From an uncultured Nitrospira sp. (GTDB lineage Bacteria > Nitrospirota > Nitrospiria > Nitrospirales > Nitrospiraceae): 64,000 nt of DNA. Where the stretch lies: NCBI GenBank assembly GCA_902500825.1, contig CABVRX010000011.1:38409-102408 (forward strand), in the 5' to 3' direction. Shown piece by piece: positions 57,404-64,000 of the stretch (within the stretch, counting starts at the first letter, position 1; every line of letters begins with the position of its first letter). The translations under genes and the position numbers were made by a program. The notes under the pieces are model-generated. The model worked only from the letters and a program-made list of their open reading frames with translations, was not told where the DNA came from and searched no databases.

Positions 57404-57440
57404 AAAAAAAGAGGGTGGGAAGTTGTCTCCCCACCCTCTT
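57404..57440 (-). terminator. Rho-independent terminator
   Basis: 11-bp stem AAGAGGGTGGG/CCCACCCTCTT followed by T7 on the minus strand. Confidence 0.75.
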
Positions 57441-57454
57441 GACCTGTAACAGTC

Positions 57455-57484
57455 TCAGCAGAGGCGATAATTCGCCTCTGCTGA
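57455..57484. other. Perfect 13-bp hairpin just downstream of the repeat-protein stop
   Basis: TCAGCAGAGGCGA-TAAT-TCGCCTCTGCTGA. Confidence 0.75.
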
Positions 57485-57494
57485 AGCTTCACTC

Positions 57495-59333
57495 CTACGG
57501 GTTGGTTACTTGTAGTTGAACACTCCCCGTATCCGTCATCGCAGGATTGATGGTAATCGTGTACGTATCTGTTGACGTCAGTGTGACGGGGTTGAGGTTA
57601 AAGCTCGACGCTGAACTCGTCAACCCGGCCAGCAGGATGCCATTCGGGCTATAGAGATTCACCGTCACGCTGCCAAGCTTATTGTTGGTGACCTTGACCG
57701 TGGCCTGTTGATTCGCGGTGCCGGTCAGCGTATAGCGCCCGTTCTGACCGGCGCGGCTGATCATGATCGGCCTGGGGGTCGCATTCACCTTCAGCGAATC
57801 CGATACTTCCGTTGAGAGTGTCAGCGTGATGTTGCCTGTGTACGTGCCCCCAGAGGTGACGAGGATGGTATAGGTACCGGTTGTGGGCAAGGGGCTGGGT
57901 ACATCAAGCGCCCCACCCGCCGTACCCACGGCAGTCGAGGCGAGGGGAGTCCCTTCCGGATCAACGAGCGTGATGGTGCTCGATGTGAGCCCCACGGACG
58001 TGAGTCCCAGACTAACCCATTGTCCCGCATTGCCGTTGAAGGTATAGCGCGCCGTCTTGCCCGCCTTGTTGAGACTGACCGGCACCAGGGCTCCGTCGAT
58101 TGCGATCGTGCCGGTGGCCGGAGAAGAAAGGGCCAGCGTCATGCTGCCGGTATGGTTGCCGACAGGATCCACGGCAATGGAGTATGTCCCCGTGGCAGGC
58201 AATGCCGTGATCGGATTGAGGTTGCCGCCGCTTGGACCAATCGTGGTCGACGCTAATTTGGTGCCGTCCGGGTTCAGCATCGACAGCGTACTCGACGCGA
58301 TCGAGACCCCTGTGACACCAAGATTAACCCATTGCCCCGCCGTTCCATTGAAGGTATAACGCGCTCGCTGGCCCGGTATTGACAGCGTCGGAGTGACCGC
58401 CACTTGGTCGATCATGATCGTGCCGGTTAAATCCGGAGCGTTGTAGAGCGCAAGCTTCACCCTGCCGGTGTAGCTCAGCTCCGGATCGATCAAAACCGCA
58501 TAGGTCCCGGAAGTCGGAAGGACTTGCCCGGTAATCATGGCACCGGCTTGACCGAACGAGGTCGGCTTGCCTAACAAACTTCCATCCGGATTAAGAATGG
58601 AAACGTACCCGCTGCGGACCGTTACATCACTCACTTGTAAACTGACCGCTTGGCCGCCGGTGCCAGAGAAGGTATAGCGAGCGTTCTGCCCACTGCGGCT
58701 GATGGCAATCGGCATCACCGAGCCTTGAGGGACGATTTCTCCACTCAGCTCGCTTGAAACTGTGATGGTGAAGCTCCCGGTATACGTACTGAGCGGGTCG
58801 ATGAAAATCGTATAGGTCCCGGTCACCGGCAATTCCACGAGATCAACGCTACTGCCGTTCATCTCGCTGGAAGAGATCGTTGCCCCTGAATCGGCAGTAA
58901 ACTGGTACGCTGTCGAGGATGTGTGAACTTTCGTCTGTGAGGAGAGTGGCCGCTCGCCCATAGTCGCATAATAGTTCCTCACTGCGGAGGGCTCTCTGGC
59001 CATCAGCCCGCCATCGGGCCGATAGACCGACACCTGGAACTGTGTGAGCGTGACACCGCTAAAGCCGATATTGATCCGCTGGCCGGCCGTGCCGTCGAAA
59101 GCAATCACGCCGTTCTTATTCTGAGTGGTAATCGTCGCCGTGACCGACGGGCCATTGACGGCAATGTGACCATTGTATTCGATGTCTGCTGCCACGACGC
59201 CTGGCGGTGGGACAGTATCTCCGGCGTAACTCCTGTCAGTGGCAGTACTGGAAATGATTCCCGCTGATCCAAGCACAAGCGTTACCGTTGCCACTCCTAC
59301 TCGGCACTTCACCCACGGCCATAGGCTGTACAT
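57495..59333 (-). CDS. Secreted protein with five tandem ~100-aa beta-sandwich (PPC-like) repeats
   Basis: Repeated RYTFxGTxGQ...NPDG...LPxTGTYxIxxDP...TG units after a signal-like N-terminus. Confidence 0.85.
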   Translation of the reverse strand: MYSLWPWVKCRVGVATVTLVLGSAGIISSTATDRSYAGDTVPPPGVVAADIEYNGHIAVNGPSVTATITTQNKNGVIAFDGTAGQRINIGFSGVTLTQFQVSVYRPDGGLMAREPSAVRNYYATMGERPLSSQTKVHTSSTAYQFTADSGATISSSEMNGSSVDLVELPVTGTYTIFIDPLSTYTGSFTITVSSELSGEIVPQGSVMPIAISRSGQNARYTFSGTGGQAVSLQVSDVTVRSGYVSILNPDGSLLGKPTSFGQAGAMITGQVLPTSGTYAVLIDPELSYTGRVKLALYNAPDLTGTIMIDQVAVTPTLSIPGQRARYTFNGTAGQWVNLGVTGVSIASSTLSMLNPDGTKLASTTIGPSGGNLNPITALPATGTYSIAVDPVGNHTGSMTLALSSPATGTIAIDGALVPVSLNKAGKTARYTFNGNAGQWVSLGLTSVGLTSSTITLVDPEGTPLASTAVGTAGGALDVPSPLPTTGTYTILVTSGGTYTGNITLTLSTEVSDSLKVNATPRPIMISRAGQNGRYTLTGTANQQATVKVTNNKLGSVTVNLYSPNGILLAGLTSSASSFNLNPVTLTSTDTYTITINPAMTDTGSVQLQVTNP

Positions 59334-59445
59334 GTAGTCGCCCTCCTATTTATAAAAATCGACAGCTCTTAGTGGTTATCACCTCGTTTGAGTTTGTCTT
59401 GCGACGCTGGGCTGACGCGCGGACTCTACCCTTTTTTGTGTCTGT

Positions 59446-59510
59446 GACGCAATCCCCTAGACACCCTTTAATACGGCTATCTGCGCAATCCCCCCAAACT
59501 GGGGGGATTG
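59446..59510. promoter_or_regulatory. Repeated CAATCCCC half-sites and hairpin upstream of the repeat protein
   Basis: CGCAATCCCC at 59448 and 59484, plus an inverted copy forming a 10-bp stem at 59486-59510. Confidence 0.4.
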
Positions 59511-59604
59511 ATGACGCGAAGCCTAATCCACCCGATGTGAGGACAATATTTGTGATTAGCTAAGCAAACAAACCCGTATTCGGATGGGCAGACGTGCGGA
59601 CAGC

Positions 59605-59644
59605 AAAAAAAGAGGGTGGAGAGTTTCCTCCCCACCCTGTCTTG
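59605..59644 (-). terminator. Rho-independent terminator of the cytochrome c gene, homologous to 57404-57440
   Basis: AGGGTGG/CCACCCT stem plus T7 on the minus strand. Confidence 0.7.
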
Positions 59645-59667
59645 CCACTCGCGAAAAGCTTCCAGAA

Positions 59668-60117
59668 CTACTCGGCCTTACAGAAGCTCCGTTCATAGTT
59701 AATGATCGCCCAGGCTTCTTCTTCCGTGATCGCGGCTGGGATCAAGGAAACCATCCCCGTTCCGGCGCTGCCGTTCTTAATGACCCAGAAGAGTTCGCCG
59801 TCTTTCCGTTTCTTGTGGAACTTGCAGTTGGTGAAATCCCGTGGGCTTGGGTTCAAGATCTTCCCGGCTTCACCCTGACCGTCCCCGGATTTGCCATGGC
59901 AATTGAAGCAGGTACCCTTCCCCTCGTAAAGCGCCTTGCCTTTAGCGATGCTCTCCGGACTGGAAGCGACCGGGTTTTTCAGAGCTTTTGCGTCCGCGGC
60001 TTGATCGGGCGGAACGCGAGGTTTCAAAGGATCTTTCTCCTCAGCCCCGACGACCGAGACCGAGAGAAACACAACTGCGGCAGTGACTCCTAAAAACTTG
60101 GACAAATACCCCATCAC
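59668..60117 (-). CDS. Monoheme periplasmic cytochrome c
   Basis: Signal peptide, CFNCH, PSPRDFT, GTGM, with an AAGGAGG RBS. Confidence 0.92.
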   Translation of the reverse strand: MMGYLSKFLGVTAAVVFLSVSVVGAEEKDPLKPRVPPDQAADAKALKNPVASSPESIAKGKALYEGKGTCFNCHGKSGDGQGEAGKILNPSPRDFTNCKFHKKRKDGELFWVIKNGSAGTGMVSLIPAAITEEEAWAIINYERSFCKAE

Positions 60118-60425
60118 ACGTCCTCCTTTATGTTGAACCTACTGAGCCTGAATGACACTCCAGGCCGCCGACGCATTTTCATGATTTTCACAAGCCGGGT
60201 AAAACCGCCGGAGTATACCAATGCCCTTAAATTTCTGTCAAGAAAACATCCCGTTCTCCATGTTCATCCTATCTTCTTGTTACCTACAAGGAAGATCAAA
60301 CCTCATGCCAACATCACTTAAAAAAGAGTCGAGAAAATGTCGGTATTTATGCGTTTCACGGCAAGCCCATTCCACATGTTCATCGTTTTCGTGACACCTT
60401 TGCGCCTCACCTCCGCCGCCACGCC

Positions 60426-60914
60426 TCATTGATATCGCACAACACCAGGATGGCTCAACATGACGGCAGCCACTTGGAAAACCGCGAGGATAAACGTCAA
60501 ACTATTCCCCATGCTCGGATTGATCCGTTCATCGAACGCGATCATCGGCTTGAAGTTTAACGGCACCTGCTTATTCGTCGGCGGATCGGGTTGAAACGTG
60601 AACGAGCTGGGGCTCGGCCGCACGACCGAGGGTCGCACATTGTCGATCGCTGATTGGGTTTGGAAACTGCTCGTGAACGGCAGCACCATCGTATTGCCGA
60701 CCACGTCCGCCACCGTGCTGATCGAGACGTTCACCGTCGCGACCGGCGGCAACGGATTGTCGGGAATAAAAGTAATCGTTTGATTGAGATTCGAGAACAG
60801 ATAGACCCCGGCGATCGGCGTCCCGCCGCTGGTCACCCGGAAGCTGGTCGGGGTAATCGTGTTGGGATTCACCGATTCACTGAACATCGCAATGATCGTC
60901 GTGCGCGGACTGAT
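60426..60914 (-). pseudogene. Internal fragment of a large Ig-like (Big_5) repeat protein, cut by IS3
   Basis: FSESVNPNTIT..SF.V, TITFIPDNPL, DVVGN, FDERINP. No native start. Confidence 0.7.
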
Positions 60915-60980
60915 TATCCTGCTCCCCTTGAAATTGAGACCACCTTCACGACATGGTCCCGTGTGGACCGGGAGGTGGAC

Positions 60981-61307
60981 ATGGCATCAGAATCGGCAGA
61001 TCCAATTGAACGATGGATCGCCAAACGACGGGTGGCGTTGGTGGTGAGCATCCTGAAGGGCGAGACGTCGGTGGCGGAAGCGGCTCGAACGCACGGACTG
61101 ACCGTCGCCGAGGTCGAGGACTGGCGGGAGAAGTTTCTGCTGGGTGCCGAGAATGCCCTGCGGACGAGACCGAAGGACGAAGACGTCCTCAAGGACGAGC
61201 AGATCAAGAAGCTGAAACAGAAGATCGGGGATCTTGTTCTGGACAACGATATTTTACGGGAGGCGTTGAAGCCGTACCCTTTAGACCGGAAGACATCCGA
61301 CGCGTAA
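60981..61307 (+). CDS. IS3 transposase OrfA (HTH)
   Basis: GGAGGT RBS, SVAEAARTHGL...W, and a leucine-zipper-like IKKLKQKIGDLVLDNDIL. Confidence 0.85.
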   Translation: MASESADPIERWIAKRRVALVVSILKGETSVAEAARTHGLTVAEVEDWREKFLLGAENALRTRPKDEDVLKDEQIKKLKQKIGDLVLDNDILREALKPYPLDRKTSDA

Positions 61308-62030
61308 GGGCCGCGCTGTGGGGTGTCTCAGAACGGCGGAGTTGTCGGGTCTTGGCCGTGGGTCGTGCGAAGTTGCACCGTGTGGCGAGGGCTGGACGTC
61401 GCCGAGCGGTCCTGGACCCTCCCTGGGTCGAGCGACTCCGTCAGTTGATTCAGCAGTATCCGACCTTCGGCTATCGACATCTCTGGGCACTCTTGCGTGG
61501 CCAGACGGCGCACATCGTGAACAAGAAAGCGGTGTATCGGGTGCTGAAGCAGAAGCGGTGGTTGGTCCATCAGCGGTCACGGACACCCCGACCACGCGTG
61601 CGCGGCTGGGTGAGCCGAGCCAGGCGGAGCAATGAACGGTGGACGATGGATGTGACGCATGTTCCTTGCGGTCAGGACGGCTGGGCCCATCTCGCTGCCG
61701 TCATTGATTGTCATGATCGAGAAATCGTGGGCTATGAGTTTGCGTTACGGAGTCGGGCGAAGGAAGTCGAACGCGCAGTCGAAGCGGCCTGTCTGGAGCG
61801 CTTCGGGACACTCCGACCTATGACCGCGCCGGTGTTACGCAGCGATAACGGTCTAATTTTCCAGAGTCGACGATTTCGGCAGGCCTGTCGGGACTACCGT
61901 CTGCAGCAGGAGTTCATCACGCCGTATACGCCGGAGCAGAACGGCATGATTGAGCGGTTCTTTCGGAGTTTCAAAGAAGAGTGTGTCTGGCAACACACGT
62001 TCCAGACATTTGAAGAGGCCCGCCGGATCA
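61277..62030 (+). pseudogene. IS3 transposase OrfB (DDE), -1 frame, C-terminus missing
   Basis: FGYR, WTMDVT, RSDNG, EQNGMIERFFRSFKEE. Breaks off after EEARRI. Confidence 0.85.
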
Positions 62031-62853
62031 CAATCGGGATGCGGCCTGGCAAGACCAGATCAGTCTGTTGCACGTTCAACATGCCGGTCTGCAGCAAGAT
62101 CGGATCGCCGCCGCTCTTCTCATCGAATCCAAACAGCGCCGCGAGTTGCTGCATGATGACGAAGAAGATGCCGCAACAGAACTTGGGCTGCCCGACGCCG
62201 GGATCGGGAATCACCTGCCGCCCGTCGGCGCTGATGGTGCCCTCCCCGTATTTCTTCCACTGATTGGAATTCGGATCAGGCGTGGGAGACTCGTCGAAGT
62301 ACCAGAAATCCGCCCGCTGGCCCGGCAGGCCTCCGAGATCATTCGGCACGAGCACGGGAATCGGTCGACTCGGATACCCACCGCCCGGTTTGCCGAAATT
62401 GAACATGTAGGTTTGCTTCACGTGTAGATTGGCCGGCGGTGGAATCACCGGAATGCGATCCACCGGCACCGGGGTAATGGAGACTTTTGTATTGGGCTGG
62501 CCATCCCACCCCATGATGGTCGTCCCAGCGGGGATGATCATGGTCAAGTCAGGAATCTCCGGCGGCGAAATAACGGTCTGTGCCCCGGGTGTGATCGGGA
62601 AATAGTTTTGACTCACCTCGTGGAGATACACCTGATAGGGCACCACGTTCGCCACGCCCGGCTGGATCGTCATCTGAACCGGCATGTCTCCGGGGTAGAG
62701 GGCCGACGGGCCGTCGATCAGTAAGACTTGTGATCCGGTGGGGGGATTGGTGAACAAGAAGTTCCCACTGGCGTCCGTGGTGGTGAACATGGGAATAAGC
62801 GCAACGTCGATTTGTCCCATGCAATCTGCTTCTTGTGCGGTTGCAGCACTCAT
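62030..62853 (-). pseudogene. Fragment of the pre-core region of a giant Rhs/YD protein
   Basis: TTTDASGNF carboxypeptidase-regulatory-like domain, then GGDPILLQTG...QTDLVLPGRIPIVIRR. The YD core is absent. Confidence 0.7.
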
Positions 62854-62937
62854 CAGAATTCAGCTTTCCTCTATTTTCCTTCTCTAACTTATAAAAAGAC
62901 TGTGCTGTCTCTATTTTTCGCCTTAAGTGCTCTCAAC

Positions 62938-63204
62938 CTATTGGCTGTCAGTTTCGGAACGCGATTGTCTCTCTCTTTCCAACGCTGTTAGTAACTCTTC
63001 TTTGGTCGGACTCTTATCATGATTTTGGTTTTGCCGCCGATAACCTCGATACATCTCACCAAAAAAGTAAATCGACCATGCAAGTATTAAAATTAGGTTG
63101 AGCCAAAAGCGGAACGAATGATCGTTAATGAAAACATTCGCTCCTATCAACAGAATCCCCAATACCAAGGCCGTGAGCAACTTTGTCGTCCTTCCTTGCA
63201 TCAC
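62938..63204 (-). CDS. Putative Rhs immunity protein (2 TM)
   Basis: Immediately after the toxin-tip stop, GAGGTG RBS, AT-rich. Confidence 0.65.
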   Translation of the reverse strand: MMQGRTTKLLTALVLGILLIGANVFINDHSFRFWLNLILILAWSIYFFGEMYRGYRRQNQNHDKSPTKEELLTALERERQSRSETDSQ

Positions 63205-63212
63205 CTCACCTA

Positions 63213-64000
63213 CTACGGGTACTCATAGCATTGATCTGCGGAGCACTGATAAACACAGTAGCCTACCGTCCCGATTGCAAATCCCGAAGCACCGGCACCA
63301 GCTATGGCAACAGCAGTTGTTGCATTCCTCCCAATGATATAGCCCGCTCTGACTAGCGTTCCTGTTACAGACCTTCCAGCACCAAGTCCGACCCCTGCTA
63401 GGAAGCCTGCTCTGGCACCGAGTGCTGCGCCGGTTGTCATTCTTATAGGCCCAATAGAGGCGGGGGTACCAAGCTGGCCATTGAGGCCACCAAGTATTGA
63501 AAGACCAATGAGGTACTGGACTAGTAACACATGCCTCTACACAACTTGACATTGTTTTGGTACGGCCCGAGGGACAGCAGGGAGTAAGGCCTAGTGGATC
63601 AATCCGGTTCACCGGATTGTTTTCAACATACCGATAAAAATTGTCTCCTCCCAAGAATCCAATAGTGTCCTCACTAACAAATCGATTGAAAAGTGAGCTG
63701 TAGTACCTTGTCCTATAGTAATAGAGATCAGAGCTGTCGTTCTCGCGGCCCGTGAACTGGAAAGAATTGCCGAAGGAAGGGGTGGAGGACTGAGTCTTAC
63801 CGAAGGGTTCGTACGAATACTGAACGGCGGAAGTGCCCGACTGGTTGATCAGCGCCAGCGTACTGCCTATGCCATCATAGATAGAGAAGTAGGCTCCGTC
63901 CTGCCGGAGCAGGGAAAAGGTGTCAGGAACCATTGTTGTTTCCCCTACGCTTTCTTTGGTCGTCCTCGGACGCGCAGCGTGGACCCGAGGGACCAGCGCC
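63213..64000 (-). pseudogene. Rhs repeat-associated core plus C-terminal toxin tip, frameshifted
   Basis: YSYEPFG, FQFTGREND, YYYRTRYY, NPVNRIDPLGL. One extra base near 63528. The frame is open to the window edge. Confidence 0.8.

Larger units (their letters stand above)
60915..62030 (+). mobile_element. IS3-family element, 3' truncated
   Basis: orfA/orfB layout and an IR-like left end near 60911-60945 (exact boundary uncertain). No right end. Confidence 0.85.

Noticed and set aside
59334-59600. c-di-GMP riboswitch before the secreted repeat protein
   Set aside because: No GEMM-type tetraloop/receptor pattern could be assembled.
61013-62263. 416-aa ORF as a complete transposase
   Set aside because: Only about 61277-62030 is OrfB. 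The rest is off-frame OrfA and antisense Rhs sequence.
63934-64000. GC-rich CCTCGG/CCGAGG hairpin at the window edge as an IS or intron end
   Set aside because: Too little sequence to classify. It does not match a group II intron 3' end.
1-64000. tRNA, rRNA or CRISPR array
   Set aside because: No T-loop/cloverleaf, rRNA or repeat-spacer signature was seen by eye. tRNAscan and Infernal were not run.

Overview
This is a 64 kb bacterial chromosomal window, most likely from Nitrospira. That assignment is inferred from the recalled gene families and moderate GC, not from a database search. The intact core genes are hpnD/hpnE-like, UDG, tldD-pmbA, uppS-cdsA-dxr-rseP-proS, a GAF-fused PilB/GspE ATPase, mltC, a DEAD-box helicase, rqcH, and a long co-oriented minus-strand run degP-tatC-mrp-moeA-mobB-hexaheme cytochrome c-ABC exporter. 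Accessory, partly decayed patches lie at ~12.0-13.7, ~30.5-35.2, ~38.1-39.6 and ~56.2-64 kb. They contain toxin-antitoxin modules, at least four point-broken genes, a truncated IS3 and scrambled Rhs fragments. The main candidate for an undescribed system is the 40.6-45.6 kb locus. It holds an orphan aKG-HExxH enzyme (no radical SAM or precursor nearby) and a 2OG-Fe(II) oxygenase whose motifs resemble the eukaryotic ribosomal prolyl hydroxylases OGFOD1/Tpa1. Both sit beside RqcH/NFACT and an RRM RNA-binding protein. Other notable items: a KimA-like transporter with Asn at the K+-site Asp, a hexaheme NapC-like cytochrome in a Moco/Fe-S/Tat operon, an Mrp with an Nbp35-like N-terminal Cys4 motif, a pseudo-caspase lipoprotein, a C_CCT_TTA -1 frameshift signal in the IS3, and a Cys-flanked Gly-rich Rhs toxin tip with a 2-TM immunity gene. 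No rRNA, tRNA or CRISPR array was seen. All family calls come from reading motifs by eye.
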